This document shows positions 9,276 through 19,114 of a stretch of DNA of 37,278 nucleotides, piece after piece. Position 1 is the first letter of the stretch. Every line of letters begins with the position of its first letter. The stretch spans positions 1 through 37,278 of the forward strand of contig JAZGGY010000102.1 of assembly GCA_036480675.1 (NCBI GenBank), in the 5' to 3' direction. Source of the stretch: a bacterium (GTDB taxonomy: Bacteria; RBG-13-66-14; B26-G2; WVWN01). The notes beneath the pieces were generated by a model. That model saw only the letters and a program-made list of their open reading frames with translations. It was not told the origin of the DNA and did not search any database. A program made the translations under genes and the position numbers.

Positions 9276-10202
9276 TCAATGTTCCAGGTTTTCGCAAAAG
9301 ACGTCGTTCGAACCGGTCGAACAAGGTTCTTCCTCGAGCTGGAGGGTGGTGTGGTTAATTTTAAACTTGGCCGCCAACGTGTCCTCCGCGGCCCGCCGTA
9401 CGGCGTCGCCGGCTCCCTCGCAGACGACGAGGTGGGCCGACAGGTTCGTGATGTGCGAGCAGAGCGCCCAGACGTGAAGGTCGTGTACGGCCGTCACGCC
9501 CTCCACCGCCGCCAGCGCCCGGGCGACGTCGCGGGGCCGCACGCCGGCAGGCGTACCCTCGAAGAGAATCCGGAGCGCGTCACGCACCAGCCGCCCCGCG
9601 CCCCATAGGAGCAGGCCGCCGATAGCGAACGCCAGAAGGGGGTCGACGACGTACCACCCCGTAAAAATGACTATTACCGCGCCGACGATCACCGCCGCCG
9701 ACGCCAGCGCGTCGCCGATGACGTGTAGAAAAGCGCCGCGGATATTTATGTCGGCGCCGACGTGCCGCCGGAGTAGAAGCGCGACGGCGGTGTTCCCCAC
9801 CAGGCCCGCGGTCGCGATCACCAGCAGCCCTACGCCCTTCACCGGCGTAGGCTCCATCAGCCGGCCGACGCCCTCCACGAAGATAAAGGCCGCGACGCCT
9901 ATGAGCGTTACGCCGTTAATCAAGGCCGCGAAGACCTCGGCGCGATGCCAACCGTAGGTGCGTCGCTCGTCCGCCGGCCGGCGCGCCAGGAGCAGCGCCC
10001 CCAGCGACAACGTGAGCGCAAACACGTCCATAAAAACGTGCGCCGCGTCGGAGAGCAGCGCCAGACTGCCGGTCCATATCCCGCCGGCGATCTCGCCGGC
10101 CAGGACCAGTATCGTGAGGGATATGGCCCAAGCGAGGCGCCGGGCCGGTTGTCCGGAGGGCAACTCCGAAACGCCGTGGTCGTTGTGGACGTGCTCGGGC
10201 AA
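9276..10202 (-). CDS. cation diffusion facilitator (CzcD/ZitB-type) metal efflux transporter
   Basis: The ORF track gives 9276..10313, but that extension overlaps the topA 3' end by 107 nt. I prefer TTG at 10200..10202, 4 nt after the topA stop with GAGGA 8 nt upstream. This gives MPEHVHNDHG... (His-rich N-terminus), then six hydrophobic spans and the CDF motif LLSDAAHVFMD ... AFLHVIGDALAS. Confidence 0.85.
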   Translation of the reverse strand: MPEHVHNDHGVSELPSGQPARRLAWAISLTILVLAGEIAGGIWTGSLALLSDAAHVFMDVFALTLSLGALLLARRPADERRTYGWHRAEVFAALINGVTLIGVAAFIFVEGVGRLMEPTPVKGVGLLVIATAGLVGNTAVALLLRRHVGADINIRGAFLHVIGDALASAAVIVGAVIVIFTGWYVVDPLLAFAIGGLLLWGAGRLVRDALRILFEGTPAGVRPRDVARALAAVEGVTAVHDLHVWALCSHITNLSAHLVVCEGAGDAVRRAAEDTLAAKFKINHTTLQLEEEPCSTGSNDVFCENLEH

Positions 10203-10206
10203 GACG

Positions 10207-12453
10207 TTAATCCTCTTCGCCCGGGCCGCGATAACCGCAGCTCTTCTTGGCGCAATACTTCCCGCGCTTCCCTTCAAGGAGGTACGGCGCGCCGCAGGCC
10301 GGGCATTCCTCATTTACCGGGACGGCGTTGGCGGTGAAGTCGCACTCCGGGTATTTCTCGCAGCCGTAAAAGCGGCGATTGCGCTTACCCCGCCGCTCCA
10401 CTACCTGGCCGTCGCACTTGGGACACTTGGCGTCGACCTTTTTGGTAAGCGGCCGGGTGTTTTTACACTCCGGGTAGTTGTCGCAAGCGAGGAACTCACC
10501 GTACCGACCGCGCTTTACTACCATCGCGCCGCCGCACTTCTCGCAAGTTTCGCCGGTGTCCTCGGCCTCGACCGCGACCGCCTTGCCCTCCTCGTCGCGC
10601 TCGAAGTTCATCGTCTGGCTGCAATCGGTATAATTCTCGCACCGCAAATACTTCCCGAACCTCCCCCACCGCACCTCCATCTTCCCGCCGCATTTGGGAC
10701 AATCTACGTCGGTGCGCTCCGCCGCTTCGTCGCGCACCGCGTCCATGACGTCGGCCGCCTGCGCCAGGTCGGCGGCGAACGGGCCGTAGAAGTCGGCCAG
10801 CACCGCGTCCCACTCCGCGCGGCCCTCTTCGACGGCGTCGAGCTGCGACTCCACCTTGGCCGTAAATTCCACGTCGAAGATGTCCGGGAAAGACGCCACG
10901 AGCAACGCGTTCACCAACTTGCCGAGCTCGGTGGCGTGGAACGCTCGCCGAACACGTTCGACGTACCTGCGGTCGATAATGGTCGCCACCGTGGGGGCGT
11001 ACGTGCTGGGGCGGCCTATGCCGTACTTCTCCAGCGCCTGGACCAGCGACGCGTCGTTGTAGCGCGGAGGCGGCTTCGTAAAATGCTGCTCCGGCGTGAC
11101 GTCGGCCAACGAGGCTTCGTCGCCCACCGCCAGCGAAGGCAGGAGCTCGCCGGCGCCGGTCTCACGCCGCGTAACCTCCATAAAACCCGGAAACTTGAGC
11201 GCCTGGGTCAGCGCGCGGAAGAGGTACCCGCCGCCCTCGAGCGTAGCGGTCGCGGTATCGAAGACGGCGTCTGCCATCTGCGACGCCACGAACGTGCGGT
11301 AGATGAGGTCGTATAGCTTGAACTGGTCGGCGGTGAGATACTCTTTTACCGCCTCGGGCTCTCGCGCCACGTCGGTGGGGCGAACGGCCTCGTGTGCCTC
11401 CTGAGCGCCGCGGCGGGAGCGATAGAAGCGCGGCTTAGCGGGTAAGTAATCGGAGCCGAACTGTTTTTCGATATGCTTCCGGCACGCGGCCGCCGCGGAC
11501 GACGCCACCCGCACCGAATCGGTCCGCATGTAGGTTATAAGGCCCACGCGGTCGCCGCCGCCGACGTCGACGCCCTCGTAAAGCACCTGGGCCAGCGCCA
11601 TGGTCTTGCGGCCGGTAAAGCCGAATTGCCTGGCCCCGGCTTGTTGCAGTTTGCTCGTAGTTAACGGCGGTACCGGCGAACGACGCTTCTCGCCGCGCTC
11701 GTACGCCGTGACGGTGAAGCGTTGCTTGAGTATCTTGTCGCGTTCGGCTTGCGCCTCGGCCTCGGTCGACAGCCGGCGCCGATATTTGACCAACCGCCCG
11801 GGCGCCATCAACTTCTCGCCGTCTATGGAGACGAGCGACGCGGCGAAGCGTTCGTCGGCCGCCGTCTCGAATTCGGCCCCCAGAGTCCAATATTCGTCGG
11901 CGACGAAGTTTTCGATTTCTTCTTCGCGCTCGCAGATAAGCCGCACGGCCACGGACTGGACGCGGCCGGCGGAAAGGCCGGTCGTAACCTTCTTCCACAA
12001 TATGGGGCTGACCTGGTACCCGACGAGGCGGTCCAGTATGCGGCGGGCCTGCTGGGCCGCGACGAGGCGGAGGTCCAGCTCGCGCGGTTCGGCCACCGCC
12101 GCCTTCACCGCCTCCGCCGTTATCTCGTTGAACGATACGCGCCGCGCTCGGTCGCCGTTCAACTGTTGCGAGAGATGGTACGCTATGGCTTCGCCCTCGC
12201 GGTCGGGGTCCGTAGCCAAATAGATTACGTCCGCGGTCTCGGCCGCCTTGGTAAGGGTTTTCAATATTTTCTTCTGCGCCGGCGTGGATTCGTACGTAGG
12301 TTCGAAGCCCTTCGACACGTCGACGCCGAGCGAAGACTTCGGGAGGTCCGCAACGTGGCCCTGGCAAGACTTTACGGCGTAACCCTTGCCGAGTATCTTG
12401 GCGATGGTTTTGACCTTTGCGGCCGATTCGACGATTATTAATTTTTTTCCCAT
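10207..12453 (-). CDS. topA: DNA topoisomerase I
   Basis: 748-aa ORF. It has an N-terminal Toprim domain (KKLIIVESAAKVKTIAKILG...GHVADLP...ATDPDREGEAIA), the catalytic region (ITYMRTDS) and four C-terminal CxxC...CxxC zinc ribbons. Confidence 0.97.
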   Translation of the reverse strand: MGKKLIIVESAAKVKTIAKILGKGYAVKSCQGHVADLPKSSLGVDVSKGFEPTYESTPAQKKILKTLTKAAETADVIYLATDPDREGEAIAYHLSQQLNGDRARRVSFNEITAEAVKAAVAEPRELDLRLVAAQQARRILDRLVGYQVSPILWKKVTTGLSAGRVQSVAVRLICEREEEIENFVADEYWTLGAEFETAADERFAASLVSIDGEKLMAPGRLVKYRRRLSTEAEAQAERDKILKQRFTVTAYERGEKRRSPVPPLTTSKLQQAGARQFGFTGRKTMALAQVLYEGVDVGGGDRVGLITYMRTDSVRVASSAAAACRKHIEKQFGSDYLPAKPRFYRSRRGAQEAHEAVRPTDVAREPEAVKEYLTADQFKLYDLIYRTFVASQMADAVFDTATATLEGGGYLFRALTQALKFPGFMEVTRRETGAGELLPSLAVGDEASLADVTPEQHFTKPPPRYNDASLVQALEKYGIGRPSTYAPTVATIIDRRYVERVRRAFHATELGKLVNALLVASFPDIFDVEFTAKVESQLDAVEEGRAEWDAVLADFYGPFAADLAQAADVMDAVRDEAAERTDVDCPKCGGKMEVRWGRFGKYLRCENYTDCSQTMNFERDEEGKAVAVEAEDTGETCEKCGGAMVVKRGRYGEFLACDNYPECKNTRPLTKKVDAKCPKCDGQVVERRGKRNRRFYGCEKYPECDFTANAVPVNEECPACGAPYLLEGKRGKYCAKKSCGYRGPGEED

Positions 12454-12463
12454 AAGGAATACG

Positions 12464-13582
12464 CTACATGTAGACGCGCCGGTAGTTATTACCCGGGAGC
12501 CTCTCGACCAGGCCGGCTATTTCGAGCGAGAGCAACGCGGCCGCGACTCGAGACGGGTCCCACCCGGCGCGGGCCGCGAGTTCGTCGGCCGGCATCGGCT
12601 CGCCGCCGACGCATTTTAAAAGTTCCTGCTCATCGGCGCCCAACGACGCCACGTCCACCGTCGGCCCCGCCGCCCGGCGCCCTCCCCCGCGCGAAAACTG
12701 CGGCGCGACCTCCTCCAAGATTTCTTCGGCCGAGCCGACCGGCTTGGCGCCGCCCGCGATAAGCCGCCGGCAGCCGTCGCTCGCCGGCGAAAAGATGCTG
12801 CCCGGCACCGCGAAGACCTCCCGGCCTTGCTCCGCGGCGTGGTAGCCGGTTATTAGGGCGCCGCTGCGCTCTCCCGCCTCGACGACCAGGACGCCGGTCG
12901 TCAGGCCGCTTATTATCCGGTTGCGGCGCGGGAAGTTCTGCGCTTCGGGGCGGGCCGACGGTGGAAACTCCGAAACGACGAGCCCTTTTTCGCATATTTC
13001 GCCGTACAAGTTTTTATTCTCGGGCGGATAGACGACGTCGGCGCCGCACCCGAGAACGGCGACCGTCACGCCGCCCGTCTTAAGCGCGGCCCGATGGGCG
13101 CAGGTATCTATGCCTCGTGCCATACCGCTCACGATGGCCACGCCGGCTTCGGCAAGCGATTCGCATATGAACGCCGTCGCGCGCTCGCCGTAGTCGGTAG
13201 GCCGCCGCGTGCCCACGGCCGCGATGGCGGGCGGCGCCAGCCGGCCTAACGAGCCCAGATAATAAAGCACGGGCGGCGGGTCGTATATGGCGGCGAGCGG
13301 CTCCGGATAATCGTCGTCGCCCCATATAAGGCACCCCAAGCTCAAGGCATCCGCTTGGGCCATCTCGTCCTCGACTTCCTTCCACCCGTCGAACGTGGCA
13401 AGCGCTCGCGCCCGTTCGTCGCCGACGCCCATAACCGCGGCGAGCTCGTCGAAGGTTTTCGTAAAAACCGCCGCGGGGTCGCCGAAGGTTTCCAGAAGGC
13501 GCCGGAAAAATACGCTTCCGATGCCCGGTACGCGGGCCAACGCCAACGTAGCCCGCACGCGCTCGCGCCGATCAGTCTCCAT
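12464..13582 (-). CDS. dprA: DNA processing protein DprA (Smf)
   Basis: 372-aa ORF with the Rossmann-like core GMARGIDTCAHRAALKTGGVTVAVLGCGADVVYPPENKNL and a C-terminal winged-helix-like tail. It sits immediately upstream of topA (10-nt gap), a widely conserved gene pair. Confidence 0.93.
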   Translation of the reverse strand: METDRRERVRATLALARVPGIGSVFFRRLLETFGDPAAVFTKTFDELAAVMGVGDERARALATFDGWKEVEDEMAQADALSLGCLIWGDDDYPEPLAAIYDPPPVLYYLGSLGRLAPPAIAAVGTRRPTDYGERATAFICESLAEAGVAIVSGMARGIDTCAHRAALKTGGVTVAVLGCGADVVYPPENKNLYGEICEKGLVVSEFPPSARPEAQNFPRRNRIISGLTTGVLVVEAGERSGALITGYHAAEQGREVFAVPGSIFSPASDGCRRLIAGGAKPVGSAEEILEEVAPQFSRGGGRRAAGPTVDVASLGADEQELLKCVGGEPMPADELAARAGWDPSRVAAALLSLEIAGLVERLPGNNYRRVYM

Positions 13583-13683
13583 TTAGGCCGGATTGTATTC
13601 GAAGCCGCCGGGGCTGTCAAGACAAAATTAACGAATCGTATCCGCTTGACGGCGTCGCCGCTGTATGTTATTCGTTAAAATTA

Positions 13684-14466
13684 ATGAATAGATTCGCCGT
13701 AACCTTGTCCGTATTCGCGGTCTTTGCGGCCGCCGTTCTCGCGCAAGAGGAGGAGACCGAAACCGAGCCCATACCTACCGTTCAGTATCTACCGGCCTAC
13801 GTGTTCCCCGCGGTCTACGTGTACGGCGGCGCGGCGTGGGGGCCGTCGTACGACGCCGCGCCGGATATCACCGGGAGGGCCGCCGCCATCGGCCTGAACG
13901 ACCCGCTCGGCGATATTGGAACGCTTTCCGCTATCGGCGTAACGTTCGACTTCTTCGTCGGCCCGTACGTTGCCGCCTCTCTCAGATTGGCGCACGAACA
14001 GGCTCGCCGGCGCAAGACGGCCTTGAAATACGACTACGGCACCTTTCCCAAAATCGCGTCCGTCGTAACGGAACCGGTTCGGGTCGAGGAACACCTCGCC
14101 TATAAGTTCCAAAACGTCGATTACAAAATCGCGCTTAAATACGTGGCCTTCCCCCACTGGCCGGTCACGCCGTACGCGTCCGCGGGCGTGGGCGGCAACC
14201 TGACGTCAATGGACATTGACGACCAAGTCTCGAATGCTATACTCCAAAAAGGCAAGGGCGGCGCCCTTTTGAAGACGGGTTGGTATCAACAGTTCTCTTT
14301 CGATTGGGCCCTCTACGCCGGCATCCAGGTGAACCTGGGCGACAACCTGTTCCTTATTACGGAATACACCTACGACCGCCAATTCCGCGAACACGAGGTC
14401 GCGGGCTACAAATACCGCACCGGCCTTCAAGGGTTTTACGCCGGCTGGGGATGGCGGTTCCTTTAG
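13684..14466 (+). CDS. predicted outer-membrane beta-barrel protein
   Basis: 260-aa ORF with a signal peptide (VFAVFAAAVLA/QEE). The sequence alternates aromatic and Gly-rich segments and ends YAGWGWRFL. No specific family recognised. Confidence 0.6.
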   Translation: MNRFAVTLSVFAVFAAAVLAQEEETETEPIPTVQYLPAYVFPAVYVYGGAAWGPSYDAAPDITGRAAAIGLNDPLGDIGTLSAIGVTFDFFVGPYVAASLRLAHEQARRRKTALKYDYGTFPKIASVVTEPVRVEEHLAYKFQNVDYKIALKYVAFPHWPVTPYASAGVGGNLTSMDIDDQVSNAILQKGKGGALLKTGWYQQFSFDWALYAGIQVNLGDNLFLITEYTYDRQFREHEVAGYKYRTGLQGFYAGWGWRFL

Positions 14467-14478
14467 GTTAAACGCGCC

Positions 14479-15519
14479 ATGAGACTTATCGCGATAAAGA
14501 CCCACGCCGCCGGCGACCTTCTACTTACGACGCCGGCCCTCCGGGCGCTGCGCCGCGGCTTCCCGGAAGCCGACCTGGTCCTTTTGACGGGGCGAGCCAA
14601 CGTCAACGTCGCCGGCGCGATCCCCGGCGTGGACGCGTACATGTTCGTGGACGAGAAAGTCGCGTTAAAACCCAACCCCCTCACGACGTACCGCCTGGCC
14701 AAAGACGTTAAAAACTCCGGAGCGGACGTCGCGTTCCTCTTCCAACCGTGGCCGGGATTGGCGCGAATACTACACCTGGGAGGCGCCACCGTGTACGCGC
14801 CGTTTGCGGAACGGAAGCCGCCCCGATACCTGACGGGGGGCACACCTTGGCAACCGAACGGCGAGAAATATATCGCCCAAAATTACGTCGAGGTGGCCGA
14901 AGCGGCGGGCTGTGCCCGCGACGACTTGCGACTCGACTTCGTAATACCGCACGGCGTCCCGAAAGCGGCCGAAATCACCGGGATTAAAAAACAGAAGAAG
15001 TACGTAGCGCTGGTGCCGTCGGGAGGGACGAACCCTCGCGAAACCGTCGTCGCGAAAGTGCCGCCGGCGTACTTCTTCGTGGAGATCGCCGATTTTATCA
15101 AGAAAGAAACCGGCCGCCCCGTCGTGCTGGTGGGCGGGCCGCACGACCGGAAGAGGTGCGCCGCCGTAGCCGCCAAAGCGGGTAACCCGAACGTCATAAA
15201 CCTCGCCGGCAAAACGGATATATTCGAAAGCGCCAGGGTAATCGACGGAGCGGCCTATTTAATAACCGTCGACTCGCTACCCCTACACGTTGGCGTTGCC
15301 CTGAAGAAACCCACCCTCGGCCTCTTCGCTCCCACCAACCCCGCCGCCCTCCTCCCCCGCGAGGGACCCGCCGCGGCCGTCGCCGCCGAATTGGAATGCG
15401 CCCCCTGCTACGCCAACGCGCCCGCCCCTCGCTGCAAACGCCCCTTCAAGTACGAATGCCGCGAGCGTATCCCGCTAGCGCCGGTCAAAGAATATATCTT
15501 GAAGCGCGAAAAAAAATAA
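14479..15519 (+). CDS. glycosyltransferase family 9 (heptosyltransferase-like)
   Basis: 346-aa ORF. The N-terminus MRLIAIKTHAAGDLLLTTPALRALRRGFPEADLVLLTG and the later LAGKTDIFESARVIDGAAYLITVDSLPLHVGVAL match the GT9 (RfaF/WaaC-type) pattern. Confidence 0.8.
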   Translation: MRLIAIKTHAAGDLLLTTPALRALRRGFPEADLVLLTGRANVNVAGAIPGVDAYMFVDEKVALKPNPLTTYRLAKDVKNSGADVAFLFQPWPGLARILHLGGATVYAPFAERKPPRYLTGGTPWQPNGEKYIAQNYVEVAEAAGCARDDLRLDFVIPHGVPKAAEITGIKKQKKYVALVPSGGTNPRETVVAKVPPAYFFVEIADFIKKETGRPVVLVGGPHDRKRCAAVAAKAGNPNVINLAGKTDIFESARVIDGAAYLITVDSLPLHVGVALKKPTLGLFAPTNPAALLPREGPAAAVAAELECAPCYANAPAPRCKRPFKYECRERIPLAPVKEYILKREKK

Positions 15520-15660
15520 ATTACAATACATAATATAAACAGTCATATTTGCCGAAAACGGGCGCCGGTCCGGGATGCGCGAGCGATAAACGGCTGGACC
15601 CGAGAGGACGGCGGACGCTGGTCGCCCGACGTTCAAAGCTCAAGTTGCGGAGAGAAAAGA

Positions 15661-15874
15661 ATGCGCGGTTGGATATTCTTAACGCTGGGGGCGGCGGCCG
15701 CGGCCCTGGTAATGTCCTGCCGCCTATAAGCTACTTTACTGGGACGGCCGGCGTTGGACGGAGGCTGCCGTGGCCAACGAGACGAGTGCCGTTCCCCGCT
15801 TCTTCGACATCGATTTCGTTGACGGCGCCGGTTGGGCCGTGGGCGGTACGACCTTCGCCCGATACCAGAAGTAA
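15661..15874 (+). pseudogene. deletion/frameshift remnant of a paralogue of the 16126..17151 lipoprotein gene
   Basis: ATG 15661 (GGAGAG upstream) encodes a lipoprotein-type signal peptide MRGWIFLTLGAAAAALVMSC and stops after 22 codons (15727..15729). In the +1 frame, 15725..15874 reads YKLLYWDGRRWTEAAVANETSAVPRFFDIDFVDGAGWAVGGTTFARYQK*. This aligns with the last ~50 aa of the downstream gene (YKLLYWDGDAWYEAAVTNRTGITTRVFEFGFATGAGWAVGGETYARYREP*). Both copies are followed by near-identical GCCGGCC hairpin terminators. Confidence 0.6.
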
Positions 15875-15888
15875 CGTTGAATTATAAT

Positions 15889-15913
15889 GCCGGCCTTAAG
15901 GCCGGCTTTTTTT
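15889..15913 (+). terminator. rho-independent terminator
   Basis: GCCGGCC-ttaa-GGCCGGC followed by TTTTTTT. Confidence 0.8.
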
Positions 15914-15963
15914 ACGCGATATTAGCCCCGCCGGCCTATAATTTCCTCCGCTAACAGAGAGTA

Positions 15964-15992
15964 TTGCCAAAACAACAGGAACATGTTAATAT
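15964..15992 (+). promoter_or_regulatory. candidate promoter (TTGCCA-17-TAATAT)
   Basis: The hexamers are at 15964..15969 and 15987..15992 in an AT-rich gap, about 135 nt upstream of the 16126 start. Confidence 0.35.
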
Positions 15993-16125
15993 ATAATTAA
16001 GTGGGGGCCGGCATTGCCCGCGAATTGATAAATCTGGGATAGGCTCCCTTCCCCGTCGTTTTCTACGACCCGGGGGAGAATGTCAACGGGCGCAGCACCG
16101 AGGGGTACGAATAAAAGGAGGGACC

Positions 16126-17151
16126 ATGAACTATAAAAAAATCTGCGCGGCAGTCCTATCGTTCGCGGTTTTAACGATATGCTGCGGCGAAGAGGAATCT
16201 ACCACGCCCGAGCTGGGGGCGTGGACTTTTTTCGCGCCGCCGTATAAAGGCGCCTGGAACCATTGCGACGTCCAACCGGACGGTATTTTCTGGGGTGCGG
16301 TACGACTTGACGGCTCGGGCCGCGCCGCGATCGTGCGCTTCGACGGCGCGTCCTGGTCCAAACGAGAATTCGAACCATCGGTAACGGAGGGGCTAAACGC
16401 GATCTTGATATTCGCCGACGGCTCGGGATGGGCGTGCGGTAACAACGGCGCCTTATTGGAACGGCGCGACGACGAGTGGAAGTTGCACCGGCCTTACGAC
16501 GACGTAGATTACTATTACCTTGGCGCGGCAAGCCCCGCCCGCGTATGGGCGGTCGGCCAAGCGACCGTATATCCAAGGAGCTATTTACCGGTAATACTTT
16601 ACTACGAGGGCGACCGGTGGCGCGAAGCCGCCAAACCGTCGGGTTATACGAGCTTCGGGCCGGTCGTCATTACCTCTAGCGGCGGGTACCTTGTAGGCCG
16701 CCGCGGCGAAGGCGACGAAATACTGCGCCTTTCCGGGACGACGTGGGGACAACCGGTAACGTTCGAGAGATCTCTTCGTCTCTACGGCCTCGCGGCGGCC
16801 GGTGGTTACGCCTACGCGGTGGGAGAGGAAAGGCCGAGCTCCGTAAAGCGCGGGGCGGTATATCAACTTGTCCCGAGCGTCCGCGACATAACACCCAACG
16901 TCCCTTCGGCTACCGACTACTACTACCGCGCGGCGTACGCTACTCCCGACGGACGCCTGTGGGTCTCGGCGGCCCCGTACGGGCCCGGCGGTCGGGACTA
17001 CAAACTACTTTACTGGGACGGCGACGCCTGGTACGAGGCCGCCGTAACCAACCGAACGGGGATTACGACGCGCGTCTTCGAGTTCGGCTTCGCAACCGGC
17101 GCGGGGTGGGCCGTGGGCGGCGAAACGTACGCCCGATACCGGGAACCGTAA
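16126..17151 (+). CDS. secreted lipoprotein with beta-propeller-like repeats (function unknown)
   Basis: 341-aa ORF with AAGGAGG 6 nt upstream and a signal peptide plus lipobox (AVLTIC-C). Five visible repeats of h-h-x-x-x-G-x-x-W (IVRFDGASW, LLERRDDEW, ILYYEGDRW, ILRLSGTTW, LLYWDGDAW) each pair with a G-W/Y-A-V-G type strand (GWACG, VWAVG, YLVG, YAVG, GWAVG). Confidence 0.7.
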   Translation: MNYKKICAAVLSFAVLTICCGEEESTTPELGAWTFFAPPYKGAWNHCDVQPDGIFWGAVRLDGSGRAAIVRFDGASWSKREFEPSVTEGLNAILIFADGSGWACGNNGALLERRDDEWKLHRPYDDVDYYYLGAASPARVWAVGQATVYPRSYLPVILYYEGDRWREAAKPSGYTSFGPVVITSSGGYLVGRRGEGDEILRLSGTTWGQPVTFERSLRLYGLAAAGGYAYAVGEERPSSVKRGAVYQLVPSVRDITPNVPSATDYYYRAAYATPDGRLWVSAAPYGPGGRDYKLLYWDGDAWYEAAVTNRTGITTRVFEFGFATGAGWAVGGETYARYREP

Positions 17152-17159
17152 ATGCGAAA

Positions 17160-17183
17160 GCCGGCCGCGAGGCCGGCTTTTTT
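17160..17183. terminator. rho-independent terminator between convergent genes
   Basis: GCCGGCC-gcga-GGCCGGC followed by TTTTTT. The T tract overlaps the rpiB stop codon on the opposite strand. Confidence 0.8.
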
Positions 17184-17631
17184 ATTTGGCGTAATCGCCC
17201 TCGATATCTTTTATCTTGTCCACCCTTCGAGCGTGGCGGCCACCCTCGAACGGCGTCTCGAGCCAAACGGCCAGCATTTCCCGGGCGTAATGGAAACCCG
17301 TCTGGTCGCCCGAGAGGACCAGCACGTTGGCGTCGTTGTGGGCGCGCGTCAACCGGGCCATATACACCGTCCAGCACAGCGCCGCGCGGACGCCGGGCAC
17401 CTTATTGGCCGCCATCGACATGCCGAGGCCGGTAGCACATATTAATACGCCGCGTTCGGCCTCGCCCCGCGCCACCGCCTCCGCCGCGGCCCGGCCGAAG
17501 TCCACGTAGTCGCACGATTCCTCGCAATCGGTGCCGAAGTCGACGACGTCATGACCCATCTCGGCGGCGACGCCCTTCAAGTACTCCTTCAACGGGTAGC
17601 CGCGGTGGTCGGCCGCGAAAGCTATCTTCAT
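17182..17631 (-). CDS. rpiB: ribose-5-phosphate isomerase B
   Basis: The ORF track gives 17182..17706. I place the start at ATG 17629..17631 ([19 protein letters not shown]...), which forms an ATGA overlap with the glyA stop. The RpiB/LacAB core is present ([24 protein letters not shown] ... AHNDANVL). Confidence 0.9.
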   Translation of the reverse strand: MKIAFAADHRGYPLKEYLKGVAAEMGHDVVDFGTDCEESCDYVDFGRAAAEAVARGEAERGVLICATGLGMSMAANKVPGVRAALCWTVYMARLTRAHNDANVLVLSGDQTGFHYAREMLAVWLETPFEGGRHARRVDKIKDIEGDYAK

Positions 17632-18914
17632 GCGTCCACACCTCGCTTCTTGGCCTCGGCTATGTAGCGCGCTTTCATCTCGGCATACAGCGGGAAGCGT
17701 TCGCACAACTCGCGCACCTCTTCGCGCACCTCCGCGACGACGGCGTCGTTCTCAATATCCTTCAGGACGCGGGCGATCATGTCGCCGATGGCCTCCATCT
17801 CCGGTTCCTTCATGCCGCGCGTCGTCAGCGCCGGCGTCCCGATGCGGATGCCGGAGGTAACGAACGGTTTCTGCGGGTCGAAGGGAATGGTGTTCTTGTT
17901 TACGGTGATACCGGCGTCCTCCAGCCGCTTCTCGGCCACCTTGCCCGTCAGCTCGACCGGCCTGAGGTCCACCAGCATGAGGTGGGTGTCCGTTCCGCCG
18001 GAGACGATGCGCAGGCCGTTCTCTGCCAGGCGCGCCGCCAGCGCCGCGGCGTTAGCCACTATCTGCTTCTGGTATTCCTTGAACTCGGGCTTCAGCGCCT
18101 CGGCCAGACACACCGCCTTGGCCGCGATGACGTGCATCAGCGGGCCGCCCTGAATACCCGGGAAGACGACGCGGTCCAGGTCCTTGGCCAGCTCCTCCTG
18201 GCACATGATCATCCCGGCCCGCGGGCCCCGCAGCGTCTTGTGGGTGGTGGTGGTCACGTATTCGGCTATCCCCACCGGCGTGGGGTGGAGGCCGGCCGCG
18301 ACCAGCCCCGCGATGTGGGCGATATCCGCGACCATCACCGCGCCGACCTCGTCGCATATCTCGCGGAACTTCGTGAAGTCGAGGATACGAGGATAGGCGC
18401 TGGCGCCCACCATGACGAGCTTGGGCTTGTGTTCGTGCGCCAGCTTGCGCAGCGCGTCGAAGTCGACGGTTTCGTCGTCCTCGCGCACGCCGTACTGGAC
18501 GACGTTGAAGTATTTGCCCGAGAAGTTAATAGGGTGGCCGTGGCTCAGGTGGCCGCCGTGGCTGAGGTTCATCCCCAGCATGGTGTCGCCCGGCTCCATT
18601 ACGGTGAAGTAAACGGCCATGTTGGCCTGGGTGCCGCAGTGAGGCTGGGCGTTCACGTGCTCGGCGCCGAATAGCTCTTTGGCGCGCTCGATAGCGAGGG
18701 ATTCGCCGACATCGACGTACTGGCAGCCGCCGTAGTAGCGGCGCCCCGGGTAACCCTCGGCGTACTTGTTGGTCATGACGGAGCCGACGGTCTCGAGCAC
18801 GGCCTCGCTCACGAAGTTCTCGCTGGCGATAAGCTCCAGCGTTTCGCTCTGGCGCCGTATTTCCCCCAGGACCGCCGCGGCCACTTCCGGATCGGTGTCC
18901 CATAAGTGACTCAT
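17628..18914 (-). CDS. glyA: serine hydroxymethyltransferase
   Basis: The ORF track gives 17628..18968. I place the start at ATG 18912..18914 ([15 protein letters not shown]...) with GGAGG 8 nt upstream. It has the PLP-lysine motif [14 protein letters not shown] and the typical ELIASENF and [14 protein letters not shown] motifs. Confidence 0.97.
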   Translation of the reverse strand: MSHLWDTDPEVAAAVLGEIRRQSETLELIASENFVSEAVLETVGSVMTNKYAEGYPGRRYYGGCQYVDVGESLAIERAKELFGAEHVNAQPHCGTQANMAVYFTVMEPGDTMLGMNLSHGGHLSHGHPINFSGKYFNVVQYGVREDDETVDFDALRKLAHEHKPKLVMVGASAYPRILDFTKFREICDEVGAVMVADIAHIAGLVAAGLHPTPVGIAEYVTTTTHKTLRGPRAGMIMCQEELAKDLDRVVFPGIQGGPLMHVIAAKAVCLAEALKPEFKEYQKQIVANAAALAARLAENGLRIVSGGTDTHLMLVDLRPVELTGKVAEKRLEDAGITVNKNTIPFDPQKPFVTSGIRIGTPALTTRGMKEPEMEAIGDMIARVLKDIENDAVVAEVREEVRELCERFPLYAEMKARYIAEAKKRGVDA

Positions 18915-19062
18915 ATTTAAACCTCCGACTGTTACCTCTCGTAAAAAATAACACCGGCCCGTAGGCAAGTCAATCCTAATCCCTGACGGGATACGTGTAG
19001 CGCGGCGCCGCGCGCGCCTACTTATAAATTAAGAATACTTGCCAACAATACAAAATTTCAGC

Positions 19063-19091
19063 TTGATTTTGATGGAGGCCAGCGTTATAAT
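19063..19091 (+). promoter_or_regulatory. candidate sigma70-type promoter (TTGATT-17-TATAAT)
   Basis: TTGATT at 19063..19068, a 17-nt spacer and a perfect TATAAT at 19086..19091, 24 nt upstream of the PorV-like ATG. AAGGGGG lies between them. Confidence 0.5.
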
Positions 19092-19114
19092 ACGCAATGT
19101 AAGGGGGTTACGAA

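Noticed and set aside
9958-11316. 452-aa + strand ORF
   Set aside because: It is antisense to topA, whose product has unmistakable topoisomerase I motifs. The translation is Arg/Ala-rich, typical of a shadow ORF in GC-rich DNA.
15549-15887. 112-aa + strand ORF over the pseudogene region
   Set aside because: It is in a third frame relative to both recognisable remnants (signal peptide and conserved C-terminus). The translation is Arg/Gly/Pro-rich with no features.
15993-16125. ~130-nt 5' leader of the propeller-lipoprotein gene as a possible riboswitch
   Set aside because: It contains only an imperfect hairpin (CCCCGTCG...CGACCCGGGG). I recognise no conserved riboswitch core.
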